From an uncultured Oligoflexia bacterium (GTDB lineage Bacteria; Bdellovibrionota; UBA1018; UBA6935): DNA of 64,000 bases. Within the stretch, counting starts at the first letter, position 1. The number at the start of each line of letters is the position of its first letter. Where the stretch lies: the NCBI GenBank assembly GCA_964013565.1, contig CAXGWU010000001.1, positions 203,788 to 267,787 of the forward strand. Direction: 5' to 3'. Under the pieces are notes generated by a model. It did not search any database, was not told where the DNA came from, and worked only from the letters and a program-made list of their open reading frames with translations. The position numbers and the translations under genes were made by a program. Shown here piece after piece: positions 27,927 through 37,585 of this stretch.

Positions 27927-28943
27927 TTATTTTTTCAAGTCTTTCAGTGAGATATTTCCCAAGATATGCTGAGGAGCTAATCCTCGTGCAGTCATTAACC
28001 GGATAATTTCGGAAGCGGTTTCTTCAAGGGCTTTTCCGGTTACGTTAAAGACTGGCCATTTTCGATTCTTTTTAAAGAGTTGAGAGGCATATTCAATTTC
28101 TTCGTCGACGACCATTGGGTCAGCATATTCTCCGCCATTTCTTTGCCCTAAGCGTTGTAAGCGCGCGCGTCGGATTTCGGTAAGCTGCTCTGGATCAATG
28201 GTCAGTGCAATGATCCTTCTTTGGTCCAGTTTTTTGATTTCTTCCGGAATTTGAAAATCTTTGATCAGAGGAATATTTGCGACCTTCCATCCCTGATGGG
28301 AAAGATACATGGATAAGGGTGTTTTTGAGGTTCTTGAGATCCCTAAAATCACAAGATCTGCTTTTTCCAGTCCTGTGAGATCTCGACCATCATCATGAGC
28401 AATCGTATATTCCATTGCTTCTATTCTCTGAAAGTACTTTTCATTCATGTTCCTCAAGAGTCCAGCGGTACCTGAAGGCTCATATCCGAGGTATTGTCCA
28501 AGTGAAACAAGAAGGGGACCGAGAAGGTCTACACAGATAATTGAATTTTGTTGAGCAAGAGTTGATAAGTTTAACCTCAGGTCTGGTGAGACAATCGTTG
28601 AAACGATTAAATCTTTTTCATGAAGTGCATCTTCAATAACGGCTTCGATCTGTTCTTTACTTCTGACATTCTTGTAGCGGGTAATGGAGACCGGATGTCC
28701 CATAAATTGAACCATCGCTGCTTTGAGTGTTGAAAATGCCGTTTCTCCTGTTCCGTCTGAAACAATAATAATACGATCTGCTTTTTCTGTTTCTGAAAGT
28801 TGAACTCTAGAAACACTTTCTCTAGAGTCTGGATTAGTCGGATCAGGGGGAGAGAGTGTAACTGTTACGGTTCCTTTTTTTGGGGCTCCGATCGCACTTC
28901 TTTTTTTCTTTTGTTTGAGTGATTTTTTTTTCTTTTTTGCCAT
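27927..28943 (-). CDS. PEP synthetase / PPDK regulatory protein (kinase/pyrophosphorylase, DUF299) with polybasic N-terminal extension
   Basis: IIIVSDGTGETA and GISRTSKTPLSMYLSHQGWKVANIPL match PSRP. The N-terminal 60 aa are MAKKKKKSLKQKKKRS... Confidence 0.7.
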   Translation of the reverse strand: MAKKKKKSLKQKKKRSAIGAPKKGTVTVTLSPPDPTNPDSRESVSRVQLSETEKADRIIIVSDGTGETAFSTLKAAMVQFMGHPVSITRYKNVRSKEQIEAVIEDALHEKDLIVSTIVSPDLRLNLSTLAQQNSIICVDLLGPLLVSLGQYLGYEPSGTAGLLRNMNEKYFQRIEAMEYTIAHDDGRDLTGLEKADLVILGISRTSKTPLSMYLSHQGWKVANIPLIKDFQIPEEIKKLDQRRIIALTIDPEQLTEIRRARLQRLGQRNGGEYADPMVVDEEIEYASQLFKKNRKWPVFNVTGKALEETASEIIRLMTARGLAPQHILGNISLKDLKK

Positions 28944-28946
28944 GAC

Positions 28947-29861
28947 TTAGCCTTTCCATTGATTCCATGGAGATTTTCCTTGAAGCGCTTTTAAGACGCC
29001 CTCAAAGAGACAGTCTGCCATTGCTTCTCTGGTTTCATGAGTGGCACTTCCTATATGAGGAAGAAGTACCGTGTTTTTAAGTTTTGAGAGTTCTTTAGGA
29101 ATAGCCGGTTCGAATTCATAGACATCTAAACCTGCACCTGCATACGGATTATTTTTTAAAAAAGAAATCAGTGCTTTTTCATCAATGAGGGGACCTCGAG
29201 CGGTATTGATGATCATGACTTCTTTTTTTAATAAGTTGAATTTTGAAGCATTCAGCCAGTGTTTTGTTTCGGGAGTCAGAGGTGTATGAATAGAAAGAAC
29301 ATCTGCTTTTTTTAGAGTTGTTTTTATTTCTGATACTGAGCTCGATCGATCAATCCATTCAATTTTTAAACCCACTGCTTTAAAAAGTTTTGCTGTTTCT
29401 TTCCCTATTCTTCCTTTTCCGAAAAGAACAGCTGTTTTTCCTTTGAGTTCTTTTCCAAGTAAAAGATCGGGTTTCCAGCCGGTAAATTCTCCTTTTTTAC
29501 AGAGTTCTATTCCTTCAGGAACTCGTCTGGCGAGACTCATGAGTAAGGTTAGAGCGAGCTCTGCAGTTGCTCGAGTTAAAACTTTGGGTGTATGAATCAC
29601 TTTAATTTTTCTTTTTTTACAGAAGGAAAGATCAATGTTATTGAGACCTACGGCATAGTTTCCTACTACGTGGAGATGGGGCATTTCATTGATTCTTGTT
29701 TTATCTAGTGAATAAGAAAGAAGGGTAATGAGCGCATCTGCTTCTTTTGTTTCTTTGAGTAATTGTTTTTTATTTTTTGGGAAAAATAAAATTCCTTGTT
29801 TTTTAAAAATTTTTTTCGCTCGATCTGGATAAATGGGATCTGTAAATACAATTTTATACAT
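28947..29861 (-). CDS. D-isomer-specific 2-hydroxyacid dehydrogenase (glyoxylate/hydroxypyruvate reductase-like)
   Basis: NAD-binding VLFGKGRIGKETA and the catalytic region LLPHIGSATHETR. Confidence 0.7.
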   Translation of the reverse strand: MYKIVFTDPIYPDRAKKIFKKQGILFFPKNKKQLLKETKEADALITLLSYSLDKTRINEMPHLHVVGNYAVGLNNIDLSFCKKRKIKVIHTPKVLTRATAELALTLLMSLARRVPEGIELCKKGEFTGWKPDLLLGKELKGKTAVLFGKGRIGKETAKLFKAVGLKIEWIDRSSSVSEIKTTLKKADVLSIHTPLTPETKHWLNASKFNLLKKEVMIINTARGPLIDEKALISFLKNNPYAGAGLDVYEFEPAIPKELSKLKNTVLLPHIGSATHETREAMADCLFEGVLKALQGKSPWNQWKG

Positions 29862-30841
29862 TACACCTGAACTCCGCTTGGATAAATTTTTTCTAGAGAA
29901 TCAATGAGGAGCTGTTTTTCTTCATCGAGAATAATCCATTGACCATCAAATTGCCCTCGAAACCAGGTTCGTTGCGCTTTGATGAGTTGTCGAGTTGCGA
30001 TGACGACTTCATCAATGACTCCTTGGATTCCTGGTTTTAATTTTCTTCCAGAAGGGGGTTTCCCTTCTAGAAACTGAATAATCTGCGCATAGCCCACTGA
30101 GTGAAGTGCTCTTGAGTTGGGGTATTGTTTTATTAAAGATTCAACCTCTTCAATCCATCCGTTTTCAATCATGAGTTGAGCTCGTTTTTGGACTCGTTTG
30201 AGGAGTTCGTCTTGAGGTCGATCTAAGATTAAAAGAGTAAAATCTGGATGTGGGGTGGTGTTTTGTGCAGACTGATGTTCGGTTGGTGTTTTTCCTGAGG
30301 TTTCAAACACTTCATTTGCTCTCACTAGGCGATAATGATCAGTGGGACCAATTTTATCAGCAGCAACCGGGTCAACTTGTTTGAGTTTTTCATAAAGAAC
30401 TTTGGCGTCTAGCGATTCAAGGTGGTTTCGAAGTTCAGGGGACGCATTAACTTGTTCCCACATCCCAAAAAGGAGTGCTTTTAAGTAAAACCCCGTTCCC
30501 CCTACAATCAAAGCTCTTTTCTTTCTTTTTTCAATATCGATTAAAATAGGAAGGATATCCTCAATAAACTGTGCTGCCGTATACAAATGATCCGGAGTAC
30601 ACTGATCAATCAGATGGTGCTTTACTTGTTTTTGTTCTTCTGGAGTAGGTTTAGCTGATCCAATATTAAGTCCTTGGTATATGAGAACGCTATCTGCATT
30701 TACGATTTCGATTTCTGGATGATTTGAACAAAACTCGAGAGCAGAACTTGTTTTTCCACTGGCAGTTGTTCCAGTGAGAATTGCGATTGGATGTTTGAAG
30801 CGAGGAAATGGATGTTTCATTAGATTTTTCTTTGGAACCAT
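29861..30841 (-). CDS. miaA: tRNA dimethylallyltransferase
   Basis: P-loop ILTGTTASGKTS and a MiaA-like body. It overlaps the mutL end. Confidence 0.8.
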   Translation of the reverse strand: MVPKKNLMKHPFPRFKHPIAILTGTTASGKTSSALEFCSNHPEIEIVNADSVLIYQGLNIGSAKPTPEEQKQVKHHLIDQCTPDHLYTAAQFIEDILPILIDIEKRKKRALIVGGTGFYLKALLFGMWEQVNASPELRNHLESLDAKVLYEKLKQVDPVAADKIGPTDHYRLVRANEVFETSGKTPTEHQSAQNTTPHPDFTLLILDRPQDELLKRVQKRAQLMIENGWIEEVESLIKQYPNSRALHSVGYAQIIQFLEGKPPSGRKLKPGIQGVIDEVVIATRQLIKAQRTWFRGQFDGQWIILDEEKQLLIDSLEKIYPSGVQV

Positions 30842-32682
30842 TCTTCAAATTTAAGAGAGGGAAGACGAACTGTAGTCGGACGGCCATGAGGACAATTCCA
30901 TGGATGCTCACATTGAAAGAGGTCTTTTACCAAACTTTTTGCTTCCTCAGGCTCAAGTCGGTCTCCTGCTCGAATTGCCGAGTGACAAGCTTCACTTGCG
31001 AGTTTTTCAAAAAGCTGGTGATCGAGCTGAGGGGAATCATTGGTTTCGATTTCCATTTCAATGAGGCGATCAATCAGGTTTTTAAGGCGTGTTCTTAAAT
31101 CTTGAGAGCCCCAGTGGGGAGGAATGCTTCTAAATAAGAGAGTTTCTTCTCCAAAAAATTCAACTTCGAATCCCATTTGACTGAGAAGTGAAAGTTTTTG
31201 ATGAAGCTCTTCTTTTTGTTCCAAATTAAATTTTATTGCTTCTGGAATTAAAAGCGCTTGGGATTGAATTTCATTTTTAGTGTCAATGGCTTTATTCTTC
31301 AGTTGTTCATATCGAACGCGTTCGTGAGCTGCGTGTTGATCAATGAGAATGATTTCTTCGGAGTTCTCAAAAACTAAGTAAGTTGAAAAGAAAATTCCTT
31401 TGTATTGAGCTTCTCCAAAAGGATGAATGGGTTTGTTTTGAACTAAATCTTGTGGGTCTGGATGAGTTTCATTGACTTCTTGAAGCACTTTAAGTTCTTC
31501 AGATGGAGAAGACCACGCGGGTTGAAACTGAAAGACTTCGCTTTTAGGAAGAACCGTACGTTTGAGTTGAGTCGGAGGATTCGATTTAAACGATGCCTGA
31601 TCTTTTTTTGGAGCGACGGTAGGAGTTACACCATAATCAATAATCATTTGTTCACAGAGTTTTCTGACTTCTCTAAAAATAAGGGAACTTTGTAAAAATC
31701 GAACTTCTGTCTTGGTCGGATGGACGTTGACATCAATTTCACTTGGAGGAAGGTCCATATAAAGAGCAAGGGCTGGGAATTGGCCTGGAAGAAGTGCTTG
31801 ACGAAAAGCATGCATGACCGCTGCTTGAAGTGTTTTATCCTTGAGAACTCGTCCATTAACGATTTGAACTACTTTTCTTGCATGTCCAACACTTAATCCT
31901 TGAAGCCAGTGAACTCGAAGAGAGAAACCAGGAAGGTCTTTAGAGTGACTTTCTAAAGTAATGATTGGAAAATCATTTCCACCAGAGAGAACTGTTTGAA
32001 CTCGGTGTGCTTCTTGATCGATTCGGTCCTCTCCCCATACGGCAAGATCTGTAATGACTTTTTGATCACTGAAGAGTTGAAAACGTCGATCTGGATGAGA
32101 AAGCGCTAATCGTTCAATCCAATCTCTAACTTGGGTTACTTCTGCTGATTTTGATTTTAAAAATTTAAGACGAGCTGGTATTTGAGAAAAGAGCCCTGTG
32201 ACTTCCATTTGAGTTCCATGGTTTTCATTTAAAAAATGACCATGAGTAACCTTTTCTAAGGAAGAGCTACCAGTGATTGAATGAATGGTGAGTTGATGGG
32301 TTTCATTGTTTTCTTTTGTTTTAGATCTGATTTTAAACTCAGAAACAGCGGCAATACTGGGAAGCGCTTCCCCCCGAAAGCCCAAAGTTGCAATTCGATC
32401 CAGGTCACTGACTTCTCTGAGTTTACTAGTGGCATGTCTTTGAATTGATATTTCTAAATCATCTTTTTCCATGCCGGTTCCGTTGTCGATGACTTTTATT
32501 TTGGCTTTTCCTCCATCTTCGAGTTCAACCCGAACTTCACTTGCTTGGGCATCAATCGAGTTTTCTACAAGTTCTTTGACGACACTTGCTGGACGTTCGA
32601 TGACTTCTCCAGCAGCAATTCTTTCAGAAATCAGAGGTGGTAGCTTTTTGATTTTTCCCATATCAATCTTGGACTGGATCAT
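30820..32682 (-). CDS. mutL: DNA mismatch repair protein MutL
   Basis: N-terminal GHKL ATPase ISERIAAGEVIERPASVVKELVENSIDA...DNGTGM. C-terminal dimerisation domain. Confidence 0.9.
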   Translation of the reverse strand: MIQSKIDMGKIKKLPPLISERIAAGEVIERPASVVKELVENSIDAQASEVRVELEDGGKAKIKVIDNGTGMEKDDLEISIQRHATSKLREVSDLDRIATLGFRGEALPSIAAVSEFKIRSKTKENNETHQLTIHSITGSSSLEKVTHGHFLNENHGTQMEVTGLFSQIPARLKFLKSKSAEVTQVRDWIERLALSHPDRRFQLFSDQKVITDLAVWGEDRIDQEAHRVQTVLSGGNDFPIITLESHSKDLPGFSLRVHWLQGLSVGHARKVVQIVNGRVLKDKTLQAAVMHAFRQALLPGQFPALALYMDLPPSEIDVNVHPTKTEVRFLQSSLIFREVRKLCEQMIIDYGVTPTVAPKKDQASFKSNPPTQLKRTVLPKSEVFQFQPAWSSPSEELKVLQEVNETHPDPQDLVQNKPIHPFGEAQYKGIFFSTYLVFENSEEIILIDQHAAHERVRYEQLKNKAIDTKNEIQSQALLIPEAIKFNLEQKEELHQKLSLLSQMGFEVEFFGEETLLFRSIPPHWGSQDLRTRLKNLIDRLIEMEIETNDSPQLDHQLFEKLASEACHSAIRAGDRLEPEEAKSLVKDLFQCEHPWNCPHGRPTTVRLPSLKFEEWFQRKI

Positions 32683-32969
32683 ATGACGACATGCAGCATC
32701 AAGTCTAAATGAAAATTTTAAAACGCAAGGAGTTGCGGGGTGGGCTCAAAACAAAAAAACTTTAACAAACTACTGAAAATACTCAAAATTATTGTTTATA
32801 TTTGAGTTAAAAAATGCAACTTACTCAGTAGTTACATAAGTCTTTAAAACGCGAGTGATCGGTTCATGATTAGAGTAGGTGTTATTTTAAGTCAACTTTG
32901 TTGAAGATTCATATGTCTTTGATTAACATGTCAATCAGGTGTCAGCGGATCTAATGGATCAAGGTTTTT

Positions 32970-35525
32970 TTGCAAAAAACTTTCGCCTTTCTTTTGAACT
33001 TCCGAAAAGAAAACGTGGGTTTATTTCGTTTTTTAATTCTCATTTTTAGTTTTTTGAGTTTTCTGGCATCGGCTGAAGATCCGCCCTCTGATCTTTCTGA
33101 TGATGCAAAGATTTTGTGGGATTATATTTTTGCTGTTCCGCCAAAGTACTATAGTGAGTCTGGTTTGCTTAAGGGAACACTCCATTTTCCACAAAAGGTA
33201 AAAAAAGAGGTTGTAACTCATCCTGAGTTTATCGCAAAGTATGAGGAAGCAGACGAAGTACTTCAGATTAAGTTTCAAAATGGTGTAAACAAGGCAAAGC
33301 AAAAAGTTCGTGCCCTAGGATTTGATCCAGAACCTGAGGTGACCATCTATCGAGATTTTAAGCAAGCTGAAAAAGACTTTGCAAAAAAAACAAAACTTAA
33401 ACCTCATGAGATTCGAAATCAAGCAATGAGTTATTTGGGATTGGATCCCAATCTCCCAGATTCTGCATTGTCTCCGAATGATCAAAGAAACCTCAATCAA
33501 CAAATGATTAAAATAGAAATCCTAAACGATAAAAATCAAAAAACAAAAAAATTCAATCCACAAAAATGGTGGGAGCAGTACCGAAAGAAAAATTATGCTC
33601 GAGTTCTTGAGGAAAGAAAGAAAATTCTTCTCTATTTAATCAATAAACATAAGGAACACTATCCTAAAGATCGTTTTGATCGGATGGTTTTGCTTGTAAA
33701 AAATGAAACGAGATCGATAAATGAGTATTTGGGCTGGACGAGGGTTCTTGAGGATCTTGGAGATATAGATGATCGATTTTTATTACTCCAAGTATTGGAA
33801 GAACAACGTAATTTCCAAGTCAGTCAATTTTCTAAACTGAATCTTAGTCATGAAAGTCGTATTCGCCCAACTGCAAGGCGTCTATATCGTGCCTGGGGTT
33901 CGAAAAGATTCGGAGACTTTGGTGATTTTCTTGTTATTCAAGAGTCTAAGGGTGATGATTATTGGGAAATTCGGAATGAGGTGGCGAAAAAACTTAAAAT
34001 GCCGAATATTGACGATATTGTGAGAAAACGTTTTCCTGATAATTTCTCTGCTTATAAAGTTCATGTTTCTCCCATTGAACCTCAACAGAATATTCAAAGA
34101 AAGAAATCATTTGATCAACTAGGACATGTAGAAAAGTCCAAATTAGAAGAAAAAACCATATTATTTGAAGTAAAAAATGGTGATAAAGGATTCTATGTTG
34201 AACGTTCTTCAGATGAGCTTTCACTCACAAAGAAAGTAAAAAAATTTCCGAAAAGAAAAGCAAATCAATCAATAACCACAGTGAAATCCATTTTACCGAT
34301 AACAATTGAAGATCAATGGATATCGATACCAACGCCTCCAGACGGAAAAATTCAAGACTTTAGAATTTATTGGAAAGGTCGTATTCTATCAAGGGGTGAG
34401 TTTGATATATTTGAAATGAAACACTCTGATGGAGTGTTGGTTCAGTTAAAACATGCTAAATCTGGAGCTTCCGGAATTTCTTTTCAAGCTGATTTTATAA
34501 AGAAACCTAAAAGAAAAAAGTCTTTACCAAAATCGCTCACTCGGATTTCATCTGAAAAATTAAAAAAAGAAGCACAAGAACTAAAGAAAGCAGGTTTTGA
34601 TCTGTGGGCTTCTGACTTAGAGGAATTATCGAGTCGAAGTACTACCGTGTCTCGAGATGAAATTAAAAGAAGTTTTTTAGATCGATCTGTCTATGTAAAT
34701 GATGCTTTTGATTCACCAACTGAAAACGCATCCGGAAAATATGCTCGTTGGAGTGGTTTAAATAAAGGTGGTAGCATTTGTGTCCAGTGCACAAGTTCAA
34801 ATCAAATAAATCTTGCGTTGATGAATGAAATACTTCCTAAAAATGTTCAGATGATTGGAGAACATGGATTAGTAAATGATGGAAGCGGAGTACTTCGTTT
34901 ATCAGATGGGCACCGGAGAAATGTAATTCGAGTGAAGAAACTTTTTGGATACATTGAGTTCCCAGATGATTCGACTCCTGGTTCGTTAAGGCCTTTCATT
35001 GAGGGTGTTTCATCTAAAGAAAAAGATCAGAAAAAAAATAATCAAAAATTAGACAATGAAAATACTCAGATTGAAAATAATGAGCAAGTCCAAAAAGAAA
35101 TTAAATCAATGGAGAATGAAGAACTAAAAATAGAAAATCAAAGATTTGAAGAAAGAAAACAGTTGAAAAAATATGAAATTCAGGAAGCAAAAAGAAAACA
35201 TTTAAGTTTAATGAAAAAATATCCTGATGTTATGAAAAACCAATTAGAAAAAGAGATTTATCAATTATCAGTTGTTGTTGATGGTTTGTTAAATGAAAGT
35301 ATTTCTCTTGAAGAAGCTTCTAAAAAAATTTCTAAAATAGCGAATAAAGTGATCCCTCAAGATAAAGAGTATATTTTGCGTTGGATTCAGGAAAGGGTTG
35401 AGTCTTATGGAGAAAAAACTCGAAATAAATTAAGTGTAACTGCACAAAAAATTCTTGAAACTTTAGATCATGTTTCAATTTATGTTATTGATTCGGATCA
35501 AAGATTAAATTGTCTATTAAAATAA
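32970..35525 (+). CDS. Large secreted Lys/Glu-rich hypothetical protein (851 aa)
   Basis: It has a signal peptide and a C-terminal coiled-coil region. No catalytic motif was found. Confidence 0.45.
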   Translation: MQKTFAFLLNFRKENVGLFRFLILIFSFLSFLASAEDPPSDLSDDAKILWDYIFAVPPKYYSESGLLKGTLHFPQKVKKEVVTHPEFIAKYEEADEVLQIKFQNGVNKAKQKVRALGFDPEPEVTIYRDFKQAEKDFAKKTKLKPHEIRNQAMSYLGLDPNLPDSALSPNDQRNLNQQMIKIEILNDKNQKTKKFNPQKWWEQYRKKNYARVLEERKKILLYLINKHKEHYPKDRFDRMVLLVKNETRSINEYLGWTRVLEDLGDIDDRFLLLQVLEEQRNFQVSQFSKLNLSHESRIRPTARRLYRAWGSKRFGDFGDFLVIQESKGDDYWEIRNEVAKKLKMPNIDDIVRKRFPDNFSAYKVHVSPIEPQQNIQRKKSFDQLGHVEKSKLEEKTILFEVKNGDKGFYVERSSDELSLTKKVKKFPKRKANQSITTVKSILPITIEDQWISIPTPPDGKIQDFRIYWKGRILSRGEFDIFEMKHSDGVLVQLKHAKSGASGISFQADFIKKPKRKKSLPKSLTRISSEKLKKEAQELKKAGFDLWASDLEELSSRSTTVSRDEIKRSFLDRSVYVNDAFDSPTENASGKYARWSGLNKGGSICVQCTSSNQINLALMNEILPKNVQMIGEHGLVNDGSGVLRLSDGHRRNVIRVKKLFGYIEFPDDSTPGSLRPFIEGVSSKEKDQKKNNQKLDNENTQIENNEQVQKEIKSMENEELKIENQRFEERKQLKKYEIQEAKRKHLSLMKKYPDVMKNQLEKEIYQLSVVVDGLLNESISLEEASKKISKIANKVIPQDKEYILRWIQERVESYGEKTRNKLSVTAQKILETLDHVSIYVIDSDQRLNCLLK

Positions 35526-35564
35526 ATGAAATTATATTTATTTGTAGAATCATTTTTTATGCTC

Positions 35565-37409
35565 TCAAATTGATCTTTTGAGTATTTTTAATATCATATT
35601 TTTATCATTTGTATTTTTAAATTCAATCTGTGAAATTTCTTGAATGACAGCTGTAATTTCTTCTTCAGAAGCCTGGTTTGTATACTCTTTTATGACTGCT
35701 TTGATTTGATTTTTAACGATGGGTATTGCAAGCTTTTTCCCTTTAAATTCATAATTTCTAAATTCATAAAGGCCATAAATAATTTGATATAAAATTGCTT
35801 TTCTGGAATCTGCTGAGGCAGCGCTTTTCATTTGCTGAAGCACTTCTTTTTTATAGGTTCCATTAAAGAAGTTTTGTGGGCTGAGCTCAATGGTTTCGAA
35901 GTGAAGTCCTTGAGATTCATTAATTTGATCAAGGAGAGTATCTTCGGTAAGGATATTTTCGTTGATTTGCTCATGAGCAGTGTCAGTGAAATTGTCTATG
36001 GTTTTTAATAGTCGTTCTAATTTTTTGATTTTTTTTCTAATTTCTTTTTGTTCCCATGTGTGCATCATTTTATTTGAATGGTTTTTTTTGGAAAGAAAAA
36101 ATTTTAAATCATTTTTTTCTTCTTTCAATGCAGTATAGAGCTTTATGAGTTGTTTAGGTGTTTTTCGAGTTCTAATTTCTTTTCGAATCACTGAATCAAA
36201 GTTTTTAGAATAAAGAAGAATTTTGATTTTTTCCCAATTCCAAGGCATTTCATTTAGTTTTTCAATTCCACTTTTTGAAGAATAGGCTATTTCGTTATTT
36301 CGTGGCCATATCAACCCCAGTTTTTTAACTTTTTTGATGTATTGAATAAATGAATTCCTAAAATCTTCTCGATCAGGAGCCATTGCAAATTGATGAAAAA
36401 GAGCAATGTATTGTTGGTCAATTTCATCACATGAGGAGGATTCATTAATCGGTATTTCTTTCTTTTCTTCAAGTTCTGTGTTTCTAATTTTTTTAAAAAA
36501 ACTTGAATCTTTAAGAAGTTCTTTAATGTCATTTTGATTTTTTTTCCAGTGAGGTGATAACCATTTTACAACATAAAGAAACAAAGGAACGTTGACAATC
36601 GGAATGGGGGCTTTTCCAGGGGCTCCATTAATGTATATTGCCGTTCCTTTTAAAACTTTAATCAAATCCTGAGCGTTTACTCCGGGAAGTTTTTCTTGAG
36701 CAGAGTAAATTATTTTATTTATAGAATGTCGGTGACTAAAATAATAATCGAAAGAACCACTATCGAACAAACGCCGGTCACTTTGGTAGTCATATGTAAG
36801 AACATAAAGATCATTATTGATTTTTTGATTTCTTAGTCTAAATCCATTTGCTGAAATACTCCCAAAAGAGATTACATCTTTTTTAATTTCTTCAGGGAGA
36901 TAATGCTTGAGGGGTTTTACGTAGTGTCGAGTTCCATAAAAAGAGGGACCATAGCCATGTAGGTCCTCAGTGTCGATCAGAATCCTATGTTTTGAATGGG
37001 TGTTTTGAAATCTTTGAACTTTATGAGTAAAGTCCTTTGGGGACCTTAGTCGGTGGTTTGGAGCATAGTAGGAATTGATGGTCAAAACACATGCGTTGCC
37101 ACAGCAAGTAGGAGGGGAGTCAGGATGCTCCTTAAAAGAACATTTTTGAGAAGATCCCGTTGCCATGTCATTGTATATCAGGCTGAATTCTTCAACAAAA
37201 GAGGAGGTCTTTTTATCCATCCAGTGACGAAAGTCACTCATTTTGGAGTATTTCGATGGATTTTGATTGATTATTTGGCACGCAATTTCTTGTGGGACTA
37301 CGTTCTCTTTTCTTTCAAGATGACACCCATCATAAGCAAGAGTCAGATCAGGTCTTACTAATAAGGGAGCCAAGAAAAGCAATGATTTTGAAAGAGCGAG
37401 GAGAGCCAT
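35565..37409 (-). CDS. Secreted hypothetical protein (614 aa, Cys-rich N-domain)
   Basis: Signal peptide MALLALSKSLLFLAPLL. No known motifs. Confidence 0.45.
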   Translation of the reverse strand: MALLALSKSLLFLAPLLVRPDLTLAYDGCHLERKENVVPQEIACQIINQNPSKYSKMSDFRHWMDKKTSSFVEEFSLIYNDMATGSSQKCSFKEHPDSPPTCCGNACVLTINSYYAPNHRLRSPKDFTHKVQRFQNTHSKHRILIDTEDLHGYGPSFYGTRHYVKPLKHYLPEEIKKDVISFGSISANGFRLRNQKINNDLYVLTYDYQSDRRLFDSGSFDYYFSHRHSINKIIYSAQEKLPGVNAQDLIKVLKGTAIYINGAPGKAPIPIVNVPLFLYVVKWLSPHWKKNQNDIKELLKDSSFFKKIRNTELEEKKEIPINESSSCDEIDQQYIALFHQFAMAPDREDFRNSFIQYIKKVKKLGLIWPRNNEIAYSSKSGIEKLNEMPWNWEKIKILLYSKNFDSVIRKEIRTRKTPKQLIKLYTALKEEKNDLKFFLSKKNHSNKMMHTWEQKEIRKKIKKLERLLKTIDNFTDTAHEQINENILTEDTLLDQINESQGLHFETIELSPQNFFNGTYKKEVLQQMKSAASADSRKAILYQIIYGLYEFRNYEFKGKKLAIPIVKNQIKAVIKEYTNQASEEEITAVIQEISQIEFKNTNDKNMILKILKRSI

Positions 37410-37585
37410 TGGTAGACACTATGCATTAGTCGATCAAAAAAAACAAGTTTTTTGAAATGAAATGAAGCGTGTGCTGAATATCGAAATTTGAAGTTAAGTA
37501 ATTGATATTAATAAGCTTTATCAAAAATGAGATTTTAATATCTACGCATTGTCGTCTTTTATTTTTAATGCTAACTCGTCGCATT

